Of a stretch of 64,000 nucleotides of DNA, positions 34,141-44,128 are shown piece after piece. The position numbers and the translations under genes were made by a program. The notes beneath the pieces are model-generated. The model saw nothing but the letters and a program-made list of their open reading frames with translations. It made no database searches and was not told the DNA's origin. The DNA lies in assembly GCA_016935435.1 (NCBI GenBank), contig JAFGQZ010000026.1, forward strand, positions 129,491-193,490, given 5' to 3'. The stretch's first letter is position 1. The number at the start of each line of letters is the position of its first letter. The DNA comes from Bacteroidales bacterium (GTDB lineage: Bacteria; Bacteroidota; Bacteroidia; Bacteroidales; UBA10428).

Positions 34141-35502
34141 ATGCCCCAGGGAACCCTTTTGATAGTCGACGACAACAAAAATGCACTGAAAGCCTTGCAG
34201 ATTTTCCTTCAGTATGAATTTGAAAAGGTAAAGTGCATAAGCAATCCTAACCAGATACCCTCGGAATTCAGGGCAACAGAATACGATGTTGTCCTGCTCG
34301 ACATGAATTTTACTGCCGGGATAAACACGGGCAACGAAGGCTTTTTCTGGCTGAAAGAAATAAAAAAAATATCGCCATCAACCGAAGTGGTAATGTTTAC
34401 GGCCTATGGCGATGTGGAACTTGCCGTACGGGCTGTAAAGGAAGGCGCTGCCGATTTTGTGCTCAAACCCTGGGACAACGATAAAATGACTGCTACCCTC
34501 AAGGCAGCCCTGCGGTTACATTATACAAAACTGGAAGTTAACCGGTTACAGCGCGAGCAAAAAGGGTTAAAACAGGAGCTAAACAAAGAAACCAAAATGA
34601 TTATCGGCACATCGCCGGCAATGCTCAAAGTAGTTCAGTTGGTAAACAAAATTGCCGACACAGGCGCCAATGTTTTAATCACAGGCGAAAACGGCACCGG
34701 TAAAGAGGTTATCGCAAAAGAAATCCACCGGTTATCCTCGAGGCAAAACGAACTGATGGTAACCGTTGATATGGGCTCAATACCGGAAACATTGTTCGAA
34801 AGCGAATTGTTCGGCCATAAAAAAGGGGCATTTACCGATGCCAAAGACGACAGGGCCGGCAAATTCGAACTGGCCGATAAGGGCACGCTATTTCTCGACG
34901 AAATAGGCAACCTGCCGCTGAGCCTTCAGTCAAAATTACTGGTAGCCCTGCAAAGCCGGGTTGTAGTACCGGTTGGCGGCAGCACCCCTGTCCCTGTCGA
35001 TATCCGGTTGATTTCGGCAACCAATTCAAACATCGATAATTTATTAGCCAGCGGAAAATTCCGGGAAGATTTGCTTTACCGCATCAATACCATACATATC
35101 GAAATTCCGCCTTTGCGGGAAAGACTTGAGGATATTGAAGTACTGGCAACCCATTTCCTGCATAAGTTTGCTTCGAAATACAACCGCGAAAAGCTGACGT
35201 TTGCACCCCGGGTAATTGTAAAGATGAAAGACTACCACTGGCCGGGAAATATCCGTGAGCTTGAGCATACCGTAGAAAAGGCTGTAATTTTAAGCGACGG
35301 GCAAAAAATAAAACCCGACGATGTGCTTTTTAAACCTGTGAGTGCTAAAACTCTGGCAACCCCGATCACCATCGAAGAAATGGAAAAGCAAATGATTGCC
35401 AGCGCACTTTCCAAATTCGATGGGAATTTTTCGTCGGCAGCCAACGAGTTGGGGATCACACGCCAGACCCTGTACAATAAAATTAAAAAATATGGCATCT
35501 AA
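34141..35502 (+). CDS. Sigma-54-dependent response regulator (NtrC/Fis family: REC + AAA+ + HTH_8)
   Basis: The protein is 453 aa. The receiver domain has LLIVDDN...DVVLLDMNF...KP. The AAA+ domain has Walker A (GENGTGKE), Walker B (LFLDEIG) and a GAFTGA-loop variant (GAFTDA). The C-terminus is AANELGITRQTLYNKIKKYGI. Confidence 0.9.
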   Translation: MPQGTLLIVDDNKNALKALQIFLQYEFEKVKCISNPNQIPSEFRATEYDVVLLDMNFTAGINTGNEGFFWLKEIKKISPSTEVVMFTAYGDVELAVRAVKEGAADFVLKPWDNDKMTATLKAALRLHYTKLEVNRLQREQKGLKQELNKETKMIIGTSPAMLKVVQLVNKIADTGANVLITGENGTGKEVIAKEIHRLSSRQNELMVTVDMGSIPETLFESELFGHKKGAFTDAKDDRAGKFELADKGTLFLDEIGNLPLSLQSKLLVALQSRVVVPVGGSTPVPVDIRLISATNSNIDNLLASGKFREDLLYRINTIHIEIPPLRERLEDIEVLATHFLHKFASKYNREKLTFAPRVIVKMKDYHWPGNIRELEHTVEKAVILSDGQKIKPDDVLFKPVSAKTLATPITIEEMEKQMIASALSKFDGNFSSAANELGITRQTLYNKIKKYGI

Positions 35503-36844
35503 AAATTATTTTACCTCTATTATTTTCGGCGCGCTCCTAATTGCAGGTACGGCATTTGCCCTCGGGTTCAGTGTGGAGAAATCGGGTTTTTCTGGTTTAT
35601 CATTGTTGCTTGCTGTTGTGGTTCTGATTGAAATTATTCTATTCATCGTACGACAGAATTCCATCAACAGAAAAATCGCCACTTTTTTCAATGCCATTCA
35701 AAACGAGGATACCTCTATAAAACTTCCAGAAAACATCAAAGCGAAAAGTGTTCAGGACATACTTAAGGCGATGAACAAGGTTGTGGACATTTTTCAGAAA
35801 ATTAAAATGGAAAGTGAAATCCGGCAGCAGTTTTTCAGCGCAATGATAGAACATTCTGCTACCGGGTTTATATCCATCGACGAGCACGGCGATTTTGAAA
35901 TTATCAACGAAGCTGCCCGAAAACTATTGGGAGTTGCCTATACCTCCAACATGGAGCGTTTACAAAAAGAATCGCCACAACTCTACAAAACACTCATCAA
36001 CCTTAAATATGGAGAGGTTAAGTCGTGTCGGGTAGAAGTCGACGGTTTATCGACCATTATCCAGGTATCATCGTCTGGCTTGGGTTTTAAAGACAAGAAA
36101 CTTACACTGGTATCGCTTCAGGATATTAAGAAGGAAATCGAAGCCCACGAACTTGAATCGTGGCAAAAGCTTATACGTATTTTAAACCACGAAATCATGA
36201 ATTCCATTGCTCCTATAACTTCAGTGTCAAAATCGCTGATAACCATATTTAAGAAGAACGATAAGGCAGTTGAAATTTCGGAATTGGATGAAAAGAAAAT
36301 CTGTGATACAATTAACGGGCTTGAAGTTATTGAGTCGATGAGCCTTGGACTGAGTAATTTTGTCGAGCAATACCGGAAACTGTCAAAAATACCAGAACCG
36401 ATTATTAAAGAAATTAATTGTAAGCAATGGTGCGATAAACTGGTAACTATCAGCAACGAGTATACCGAATTAAACCATGCTATACTGGAAACCAAAATTC
36501 AGGAAGGTTGCTCAAGTCTATCTGGTGATGAAAATTTACTCACCCAGGTTCTGATTAACCTGATTAAAAATGCGGCTGAAGCACCTATAGAAGGCGGGCA
36601 AAAAATAATCGGACTGGAATTTATGAATTCTTCAACAAACCGGACAATTATCAAAGTTTCCAATAATGGAGAGAAGATTCCAGAAGAAATTATAGACCAG
36701 ATTTTTGTCCCTTTTTTTACAACAAAAGAAAATGGTGCCGGAATCGGCTTGTTTCTTTCCAGACAGATTATAAACCTTCACCAAGGGACAATTTCGGTGA
36801 TTTCGGATAAAGTAAACGGCACAATCTTCAGCGTTGAAATATAA
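35492..36844 (+). CDS. Sensor histidine kinase (2 TM + PAS-like + HisKA + HATPase_c)
   Basis: The start is reset to the ATG at 35492 (MASKNYFTSIIFGALLIAG). The gene overlaps the regulator stop by 11 nt. It has an H-box (LNHEIMNSIAPI), an N-box (LINLIKNAAEA) and a G-box (GAGIGLFLSRQII). Confidence 0.85.
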   Translation: MASKNYFTSIIFGALLIAGTAFALGFSVEKSGFSGLSLLLAVVVLIEIILFIVRQNSINRKIATFFNAIQNEDTSIKLPENIKAKSVQDILKAMNKVVDIFQKIKMESEIRQQFFSAMIEHSATGFISIDEHGDFEIINEAARKLLGVAYTSNMERLQKESPQLYKTLINLKYGEVKSCRVEVDGLSTIIQVSSSGLGFKDKKLTLVSLQDIKKEIEAHELESWQKLIRILNHEIMNSIAPITSVSKSLITIFKKNDKAVEISELDEKKICDTINGLEVIESMSLGLSNFVEQYRKLSKIPEPIIKEINCKQWCDKLVTISNEYTELNHAILETKIQEGCSSLSGDENLLTQVLINLIKNAAEAPIEGGQKIIGLEFMNSSTNRTIIKVSNNGEKIPEEIIDQIFVPFFTTKENGAGIGLFLSRQIINLHQGTISVISDKVNGTIFSVEI

Positions 36845-36887
36845 AAGGCAACCACAAAATCATTAAAAACCAAAATAACGCTTGCTA

Positions 36888-38696
36888 TTAAAGGAGTAAC
36901 GAAATATCCTGGTAAAACAAAATCAGTGTTAAAGCTAGTATTAATACAATATTAAGCGTTGCAGAAAGTAAAGGTTGTTTATGGTCGATGGTTTTTTCCT
37001 TTTCAATAAAAATCTTCCATTGTGCAGGCTGGTTATCGTTTCTGAAAATGAAGGAATTATAAAAGAAGTTGCCAAAATATCCGAAAACGAAAACAAACAC
37101 AAAAGTTAAACAAACTACCATAAAGAAAGTGCCCAGAAAAAAAACTACCGGCAGTTGGTTATACTTGCGGGCGGCAAACTCAATATCAATGTTAAGCCTG
37201 TCTATATCAGAAGTTAGCTTCTTTTCGGTGCCGGCAAATTGGCTTTTTAGCAAACTAACCGAATCGGAAAGATCTTCAATACGGGTTTGGTTTACCGCAA
37301 TGCTTTTGAGCTTCTCATCAGAAATGGCTTTCTCAAAAAACTCTGTTTTTCGGCTTGCATACTCTTTTGCAGCGGCTAGTTCATTCTTTTTTTCTCGTAG
37401 CTTAACACGGCTGTTGTTAAGTTCTGCCAGCAAAAACGGCCGGTGTTCAATCTCACTAATAATGGAAGACGGAAATTGTTTATAATATTTTAACTCGGCA
37501 ATACCTTTTATAAGTTTGTATTCAGAGCCTGGTTCAACAGCAATTTGCCGTGCGTGCTTATCAATTTTAACCTGAATAATATTGTCCTTAATACGTATTG
37601 TGGCAAAAAGTGCAGCAATAACAACTAAAGTAACCGGCACCGCGCTTAACATGGCAAAAAATGCCGACGGCACAAAGCCACCAATAACCTGAAAAAAACG
37701 TTTGCCAATGAATCTCAGCAATTGCAATACATTAGCTGCCGATGTTTCACGAAAATCGTTATATAACCGGAACGATGGCAAAACAACTGCCCCCAGAACG
37801 ATTAGCACTAATAAGAATAATAATACAATGTTTATCAGGAAATTAATATTAATGGTTGCACCAAGAAACAAAATGCCGCTTTTTGGTATCCATCCGAGCC
37901 AGTTAAGCCCGGCTTGTGCCAGGAGCATCACTACAAAAAACATTAAAAAGAACAAAATTCCCCGAACAGTTTCAAGTCCGTTTCTGAACTGCAACCTTAT
38001 TTCGGCGTATGGTGCCTTTAATTTTTTCTGTGCCCTTAGCGAGGCAATTTCTGCAAAAATCCACGAAATTGGCAATACCGACAAAATTGCACCCATTATT
38101 CTTAACCCTTTTATTTCAAGGGTTAGTTCAAGAAAGTAAAATAGCTGGAATACTAAAAGCGCAAGAAACGTGCCCCCAAACGATAATCGTAGTATGTTGG
38201 TGTTGAATGTTTTAGGTAAAGCTTTAAATGCATAACGGTAAATCCACCATGGCCATTTTACACAGTAAAAGAAAATAAAATTCAGTACTATTCTCCAGAA
38301 TGGCAAGAGTAATTTCAACACCCATAATATGGCGTAAAATATATAATAAACCAATTTTTTAAATGCCCATAGCGTATCGGTAAACATTATAAATAACTGG
38401 TAAATGCCCCATATCAGCCAAACGGCAACATCGTGCAAAAAAGCCAGCAGTACTACAGGTATCCTGGCGAGATCGCGCAGGCCGCCCCGGGCAAAAAACT
38501 TTTCGCTTCGCTGGTAATTGTAGAGCTCTTTAGGTGTTTCCCTTGTAATTCGTGAACATATTATAGAAAATGCCAAAAGAAGTATTGGTATGGATATGAA
38601 GAAGGGTATGAAGGAATATTGCAACGAAACACCATATAAGATGGCAACAATTGCGAGGGTAATTAGTTTTTTACTAAACCGTAATACCTGTTCCAT
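36888..38696 (-). CDS. Hypothetical polytopic membrane protein with an internal coiled-coil segment
   Basis: The protein is 602 aa. It has about 10 hydrophobic helices, a ~110-aa charged helical region (ELNNSRVKLREKKNELAAAKEYASRKTEFFEKAISDEKLKS...) and two more helices at the C-terminus. I recognise no family. Confidence 0.5.
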   Translation of the reverse strand: MEQVLRFSKKLITLAIVAILYGVSLQYSFIPFFISIPILLLAFSIICSRITRETPKELYNYQRSEKFFARGGLRDLARIPVVLLAFLHDVAVWLIWGIYQLFIMFTDTLWAFKKLVYYIFYAILWVLKLLLPFWRIVLNFIFFYCVKWPWWIYRYAFKALPKTFNTNILRLSFGGTFLALLVFQLFYFLELTLEIKGLRIMGAILSVLPISWIFAEIASLRAQKKLKAPYAEIRLQFRNGLETVRGILFFLMFFVVMLLAQAGLNWLGWIPKSGILFLGATININFLINIVLLFLLVLIVLGAVVLPSFRLYNDFRETSAANVLQLLRFIGKRFFQVIGGFVPSAFFAMLSAVPVTLVVIAALFATIRIKDNIIQVKIDKHARQIAVEPGSEYKLIKGIAELKYYKQFPSSIISEIEHRPFLLAELNNSRVKLREKKNELAAAKEYASRKTEFFEKAISDEKLKSIAVNQTRIEDLSDSVSLLKSQFAGTEKKLTSDIDRLNIDIEFAARKYNQLPVVFFLGTFFMVVCLTFVFVFVFGYFGNFFYNSFIFRNDNQPAQWKIFIEKEKTIDHKQPLLSATLNIVLILALTLILFYQDISLLL

Positions 38697-38823
38697 TGGG
38701 ATTTAGTGTATTGACAAAGCACAATATTACAAAAAACTCTGCTAAAAACTATTCTTTTTCGGCAAAGCAGCATAAATCGGACAATTTTTTTGCATTTATG
38801 AATATATTTCTTAATCCTTAATG

Positions 38824-39513
38824 TTAATCGAGTTTTAGTTCATTAAGAATATTTAAGGTTGTTGAGGTTAAACTTTCAATAGCCGAAGGTATATACCAGC
38901 TTTCTATCCGGCGTATCTCAACGAAGTGGCTTATGGCCCTTATTTGTAAAAAGGGCACTTTTTCACGAAGGCAAACATAAAAGAAAGCGGCGCCATCCAT
39001 TGTTTCGATTTCGGGCTCAAATTTTTCGCGCAGCTTCGACAACCACTTCGGATCGCTATGCAGTGTATTTAAAGTAATGCCTTTTACAGGTATGAGCGAC
39101 TCTACTTCGTCAAGGTTGAAATTGCCTATGCTGTGCAGCTTTCCATCGGCAAACGGAAAGCTGTTTTCGTCCATTAGTTCTTCTTCGGCCAGTGTATAAA
39201 AATTATTACGGTGCATTACCCCCAAATCGGCAAACTGATCCTGAATAACATTTACCACAAAGCCCTGCTCGAGAAAATGGTCGAAACTTCCTGCAAGGCC
39301 TGCGTTTATGGCCAAATCGTAGTTAATCATGTTAAGTGCCCTTGTTAAATGATGGGTCATAAACACACTGCCGATGCCGGTAACCAAAATATCGATATGC
39401 AGGTTGTAATGGCTGTAACTTTTAAAATGTGGTTCTATCTGGTGTACAAAGTTCAGCCCCTCTGTTAGTTTCGATATTTCGCGTAATGTTGCTGCAACAA
39501 TTAAAATCCTCAA
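38824..39513 (-). CDS. mqnB: PNP_UDP_1-family nucleosidase, futalosine-hydrolase-like
   Basis: The protein is 229 aa. It has MRILIVAATLREI, LVTGIGSV, AINAGLAGSF, ETMDGAAFFYVC and IRAISHFV blocks. Size and pattern fit futalosine hydrolase rather than MtnN. Confidence 0.55.
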   Translation of the reverse strand: MRILIVAATLREISKLTEGLNFVHQIEPHFKSYSHYNLHIDILVTGIGSVFMTHHLTRALNMINYDLAINAGLAGSFDHFLEQGFVVNVIQDQFADLGVMHRNNFYTLAEEELMDENSFPFADGKLHSIGNFNLDEVESLIPVKGITLNTLHSDPKWLSKLREKFEPEIETMDGAAFFYVCLREKVPFLQIRAISHFVEIRRIESWYIPSAIESLTSTTLNILNELKLD

Positions 39514-39628
39514 TTCTTTATTTTTTTTAATTAAACTATAACGATAATGTTAAATTTGGCCATCGCTTAATAAATTTATATATTTTCTTGAATATTCTAT
39601 TATCGAAAACAATAAGAAATAAACAGAT

Positions 39629-40261
39629 ATGGACAATAAATTATTGCATGATCTTGAAAAGGAAGGATATTTGCTCCCTGAATCGCTTGATAATGAAAAG
39701 ACTAATAAAATTGCCGCTCATTATAAAGAAATATTAAAACTTATCGGGGAAGACGAAAACCGTGAGGGGCTCCTTCTTACACCGGAGCGGGTGGCAAAAA
39801 GTTTACAGTTTCTTACTCATGGCATGTTCGACAATCCGGTAAAAATTCTGGAGGGTTCAAAATTTAAAGAAGACTATAACCACATGTTGCTTGTTAAGGA
39901 TATCGAAGTATATTCGATGTGCGAACACCATATACTTCCATTCTTTGGGAAAGCACATGTTGCATACATACCTAACGGCTACATAACCGGCTTGAGCAAA
40001 ATAGCACGGATTGTCGATGTGTTTGCCCGAAGGTTGCAGGTACAGGAGAGGCTCACCGTGCAAATCCGCGATTGTATCCACGAAGCCTTAGAACCACTTG
40101 GGGTTGCTGTTGTTATCGAGGCAAAGCACTTATGTATGACCATGCGGGGCATTCAAAAGCAAAATTCGGTAATAACAACTTCGGCTTTTAAAGGGGCTTT
40201 TCTGAAAAACCCAAAAACCAGGGAGGAATTTCTGAATTTAATAGGGAAAAAGTTGCAGTAA
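39629..40261 (+). CDS. folE: GTP cyclohydrolase I
   Basis: The protein is 210 aa. It has the FolE signatures [33 protein letters not shown] and [10 protein letters not shown]. Confidence 0.92.
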   Translation: MDNKLLHDLEKEGYLLPESLDNEKTNKIAAHYKEILKLIGEDENREGLLLTPERVAKSLQFLTHGMFDNPVKILEGSKFKEDYNHMLLVKDIEVYSMCEHHILPFFGKAHVAYIPNGYITGLSKIARIVDVFARRLQVQERLTVQIRDCIHEALEPLGVAVVIEAKHLCMTMRGIQKQNSVITTSAFKGAFLKNPKTREEFLNLIGKKLQ

Positions 40262-40337
40262 ATGGCTTATTGCATTGCTTACATTTTTTATTAATATTTT
40301 TGGTTTACCTGCTTAAACAAATAGTAATCATGAAGTG

Positions 40338-41372
40338 ATGATAACAGCGGATTTTTTACCTGAATGGCTGGTTGTATTAAACCCACATGCCGGATGTGGC
40401 AGGGGATTTCGCGACAAAGGGCGAATTTCAGGGCTGCTTGACAGCAGCCAACTTAACTATAAACTTGTTGTTTCGGAATACCCCCGGCATGCCATTACAT
40501 TAACGAAAGAATTTATTGAACAGGGCTATCGTAAAATAATTGTCGCTGGCGGCGATGGAACCCTTAACGAAATTGTAAATGGTATTTTTTTACAGGAAGC
40601 AGTACCGCCTGGGGAAATTATTGTAGCAATGCTCCCTGTTGGCACGGGAAACGATTGGATAAAGACTTTTGGCATTCCGGCAGATTATGAAAAGGCCCTC
40701 AAAATTATTCTCGATGGCAAAGTAATAAAACAAGATATTGGCAAAGTTTCATTCACCGACCAAAACGAAGAAAAAGTCAGGTTTTTTGCAAATATGGCCG
40801 GCTTTGGGTTCGATGCCATGGTGGCCCGGAAGGCAAACAGTTTAAAAGAAAAGGGACGAAGTGGGTTATTGGTTTATCTGCAAAGCCTGATTTCAAGCTT
40901 TGTGGAATACCAGGTATGCAAAACAAAAATTACAATTGGAGAAAACCAAATAGACGATTTGGTGTTTTCTGCAAGTATTGGCATAGGGAAATTCAATGGC
41001 GGCGGTATGATGCAGGCACCTTTTGCTGTACCCGACAACGGAGAATTTCAAGTTACTGTTATTAAAAAAATTGGAATCCTGGGTATTTTGAGAAATATTG
41101 GAAGGCTTTATACTGGCGATTTTATAAAAGACCGAAGGGTTTCGACATTTAAATCGACAAGAATTAAAATTATTGGTTCGCGGCAAATTCCGGGCGAAGT
41201 TGATGGAGAAATACTTGGGAACTCAACTTTTATTATCGAAATGGTGCCCGAGCGTTTATCGGTAATCTATGGCGACGATAAATATTTTGCCACTCATCCT
41301 GTCTCGCACAGACACAAAAAACTATTAAAAAAGCCAGCAACTGCAATGGAAAGGATAAATTCCGGAGCATAA
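40338..41372 (+). CDS. Diacylglycerol-kinase-family lipid kinase (YegS/BmrU type)
   Basis: The protein is 344 aa from the ATG at 40338; a GTG at 40335 is also possible. Motifs are LVVLNPHAG, IIVAGGDGTLNEIVNG and LPVGTGNDW. Confidence 0.85.
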   Translation: MITADFLPEWLVVLNPHAGCGRGFRDKGRISGLLDSSQLNYKLVVSEYPRHAITLTKEFIEQGYRKIIVAGGDGTLNEIVNGIFLQEAVPPGEIIVAMLPVGTGNDWIKTFGIPADYEKALKIILDGKVIKQDIGKVSFTDQNEEKVRFFANMAGFGFDAMVARKANSLKEKGRSGLLVYLQSLISSFVEYQVCKTKITIGENQIDDLVFSASIGIGKFNGGGMMQAPFAVPDNGEFQVTVIKKIGILGILRNIGRLYTGDFIKDRRVSTFKSTRIKIIGSRQIPGEVDGEILGNSTFIIEMVPERLSVIYGDDKYFATHPVSHRHKKLLKKPATAMERINSGA

Positions 41373-41394
41373 CACAAACAACTTGTCGCAAATA

Positions 41395-41518
41395 TCGGCG
41401 ATCATCCGTAATATCTGTGCCATCTGTGTCCTATTGTCCACAGATAACACGGATTGAACAGATATTCACAAATTATATTAGTGGTTATCTGCGCCATCCG
41501 TGTCATTTGCGTTCTATA
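41395..41518 (+). repeat. Dispersed ~77-bp repeat family, ~1.6 tandem units (copy set A)
   Basis: The sequence is ...atccgtaatatctgtgccatctgtgtcctattgtccacagataacacggattgaacagatattcacaaattatattagtggttatctgcgccatccgtgtcatttgcgttctat. It aligns in the same orientation with 52333-52443. A hand alignment of 69 nt gave 54 matches. Confidence 0.85.
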
Positions 41519-41528
41519 GTATTTATTT

Positions 41529-42713
41529 TCAGGGCAAGGTTGTAAACCTGTACTTGCTCTTAGTGGAGTAAATTTCCCCTGGTTTTAATATAATAGGGTC
41601 GAAGTTTGGCTGGTTTACTGCATCGGGGAAATGCTGCGGCTCCAATGCCAATCCGCACCGATAACCTACTTTATTGCCATCGCCGGCAGTAATTGTACCA
41701 TTAAAGAAATTGCCGCCATAAAACTGCAAGCCGGGCTCTTGCGAGAATATCTCCATTTGTACCCCTGTTAGTGGCGAAGAAACAATGGCCGATTCGTAAT
41801 ATCCGTTTTCCGATTGTGTTGTGTTTATTGCCCAGTTGTGATCGTAGCCACCACCGTAAGTCAATTGGGTACTTTCGGTTTGCAGGTCGTTGCCAACAGG
41901 TTTTGGTTGTCTGAAGTCGAAAGGGGTATTTGCAACAGCCTCCAAAGTGCCGAATGGTATTAAGGTAGAATCGACAGGGGTGAAAAAATCGGCATTAATT
42001 TTAAGTATATGGTTGTTTACGGGCTCGTTGCTTTTTCCGTTTAAATTAAAATAAGTGTGGTTTGTTAGGTTTACAGGTGTTGGTTTATCGGTTATTGCCT
42101 TGTACTCAATTACCATCGAGTTGCTGTCTTCAATACTGTAGGTTACTGTAATGTTGAGGTTGCCCGGATAGCCTTCCTCCATATCGGGGGAAAGGTAGCT
42201 TAAAACAAGCTTATTGGCTGAGCTTTCAACAACATCCCAAACAACTTTATGCAACCCTTTAATGCCTCCGTGCAAATGATTTGGCCCATTGTTAATGGCT
42301 AAATCATAAGTTGTGCCATCGAGAGTAAAACGGCCTTTGGCAATGCGGTTTCCAACACGCCCAACCACCGGCCCGAAATAAACATCGGGGCTTTCGAGGT
42401 AGGCTGCAATGCTGTTAAACCCCAGGGCGGCATTAATGTAATTATTGTTTTTGTCGGGCACATAAATTCCCACAACCCGTGCCCCGTAATTGGTTATGGC
42501 AACCACTAGGGGCCCATTGTTTTTTAGCAAATAAACCGATACCGCTTTGCCATCGAGGGTAGTATCGAAATTTTCTTTAGAAATGTTATCAATTACCGAA
42601 TCGGCAGGCTTTTGTTGTTTGTTACAGGAACAAAATATGAACATGCAGGATAAAAGTAGCATAAATGCCGGCATAAGGGCTTTTATGCCTGGAGTTTTTC
42701 TTTTCATTTTCAA
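41529..42713 (-). CDS. galM: Aldose 1-epimerase (galactose mutarotase), exported
   Basis: The protein is 394 aa with a signal peptide. Motifs are NYGARVV, GPVVGRVGNRIA, LHGG, TNHTYFNL and GLALEPQHFPDA. Confidence 0.85.
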   Translation of the reverse strand: MKMKRKTPGIKALMPAFMLLLSCMFIFCSCNKQQKPADSVIDNISKENFDTTLDGKAVSVYLLKNNGPLVVAITNYGARVVGIYVPDKNNNYINAALGFNSIAAYLESPDVYFGPVVGRVGNRIAKGRFTLDGTTYDLAINNGPNHLHGGIKGLHKVVWDVVESSANKLVLSYLSPDMEEGYPGNLNITVTYSIEDSNSMVIEYKAITDKPTPVNLTNHTYFNLNGKSNEPVNNHILKINADFFTPVDSTLIPFGTLEAVANTPFDFRQPKPVGNDLQTESTQLTYGGGYDHNWAINTTQSENGYYESAIVSSPLTGVQMEIFSQEPGLQFYGGNFFNGTITAGDGNKVGYRCGLALEPQHFPDAVNQPNFDPIILKPGEIYSTKSKYRFTTLP

Positions 42714-42735
42714 AGGGTTTTATGGTTTAAAATAA

Positions 42736-43836
42736 TTATTCCAAAACAGTTGATGGGCCGTGAACAACCAAAATACTGTCGTTTACAATTTCCATGGGAT
42801 CAATAAAAACCACCCGGTTATCGCCGGTTTTCGAAGTGCGGCCATGGTAAACGCATAACATGGTTTTTCCATCGGGGGCCCATGTAACCGAGTTGTGGCC
42901 AGTTCCGGTAACAATTCCGCCGGTTTCAGTATTTTTCTGCAATATGGGGTTGTTTGCTGCCTTAACAAAAGGGCCCAGGGGCGATTTGGATGTGGCATAG
43001 CCAACGGCATAATACTGACCGCCAAAGTAATTGGCCGAGTACATCATAAAATAGGTGTTTTTGTCCTTAAATATAAATGAACCTTCTGTCCACCGTCGGT
43101 TTACCTCATTTGCTGTAACCGAACGGCTTTCCCATTCAGCCTGTTTGTCATCCATAGAAAGTGGCGGACGCAGTAAGAGTACCGGTTCACCAATTATTCC
43201 TGAAAAATCGGGGGCAAGTTCAACGCCATAAACCCAGCTTTCCTCAATTTCGGTAAACATACCCTGGGCACGCGCCCAATCGGCAACTTCGCTTTCAACC
43301 GGGTTTTTGTAGCAACAGCGCGAATAATATAAATACACCTTGTCGTTTTCGAAATAAAGATTGCCATCGATAACTGGGTATGCGGGATCGAATATCGGAC
43401 GGTTATGTATATCGGTATATGGGCCTTTGGGGTTGTCTGCTGTTGCAATGCCTATACGAAAGTTTTCCAGTTCGTTAGTGGGGTTTTCGCGCCAGTCGGC
43501 ACTGTAAACCAGGTAAAACTTACCGTTTACCTCGTACAGTTCGGGTGCCCAGAAATTGGCCACGCACCACGATGTATCGGTATTTCCCTGGTAGATTCTC
43601 CCTTCGTCTGTCCAGTTTATCAGATCGGTTGAGGAGTAAAGCTTAAATCCATCTGATACGCCTCCTGTGCCGGTCATGTAATACTTACCGTCGGAGGCTT
43701 TAAGAATAAACGGATCGCCGAACTCAATTGACAATGGGTTGGCTGGAACGAAATTAGCTTCTTTTTTTTGAGAGCAACTGCTGAACAATAATATGCCAAT
43801 TGCCACTCCCAGTGTTTGCTTTATTAGTTTATTCAT
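42736..43836 (-). CDS. Glycoside hydrolase family 43 lipoprotein
   Basis: The protein is 366 aa with lipobox LLFSSCSQ. GH43 blocks are GDPFILKASDGKYYMTGT, FWAPELYEVNGKFYLVYS, IDGNLYFENDKVYLYYS and WTEGSFIFKDKNTYFMMYS. Confidence 0.85.
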   Translation of the reverse strand: MNKLIKQTLGVAIGILLFSSCSQKKEANFVPANPLSIEFGDPFILKASDGKYYMTGTGGVSDGFKLYSSTDLINWTDEGRIYQGNTDTSWCVANFWAPELYEVNGKFYLVYSADWRENPTNELENFRIGIATADNPKGPYTDIHNRPIFDPAYPVIDGNLYFENDKVYLYYSRCCYKNPVESEVADWARAQGMFTEIEESWVYGVELAPDFSGIIGEPVLLLRPPLSMDDKQAEWESRSVTANEVNRRWTEGSFIFKDKNTYFMMYSANYFGGQYYAVGYATSKSPLGPFVKAANNPILQKNTETGGIVTGTGHNSVTWAPDGKTMLCVYHGRTSKTGDNRVVFIDPMEIVNDSILVVHGPSTVLE

Positions 43837-43864
43837 CTGTTTATAATTTAATTTTTATTGGTCA

Positions 43865-43936
43865 GATGGAACTTACCATTCGTAAATAATCATTTTCGTG
43901 TGTGAGATAATGATAATTTACTCATGCAAGTTTCAT
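43865..43936. repeat. 72-bp quasi-palindromic intergenic element, copy 2 (inverted relative to copy 1)
   Basis: The sequence is gatggaacttaccattcgtaaataatcattttcgtgtgtgagataatgataatttactcatgcaagtttcat. Arms of about 30 nt can pair around the cgtgtgtg centre. Confidence 0.9.
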
Positions 43937-44128
43937 GTTTTTTCTTTTTTGTGGTTGTTTACAACCATGAATTTAGTGAAAGTTTTGTGATTAGAGGCAA
44001 TGATTTTTCCAGATAGTTATGTGTTTGCCGTTAAAAAGTTCAAATTAATGATACCTGCAAGGCTAGATAAAATTAATTAAAGTGGCCATACATAATTCTG
44101 GTTCTTTACTGTTTATCTTTTGAAAGCT

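Noticed and set aside
35396-35491. 5' extensions of ORF-track entries (35396 for the kinase, 18592, 16155, 46996 for SusD, 51556 for FecR, 55967 for the acyltransferase, 56871 for BASS, 24289, 40335)
   Set aside because: Internal ATG codons give proper signal peptides or family-typical N-termini and remove overlaps with neighbouring genes. The extensions encode atypical sequence.
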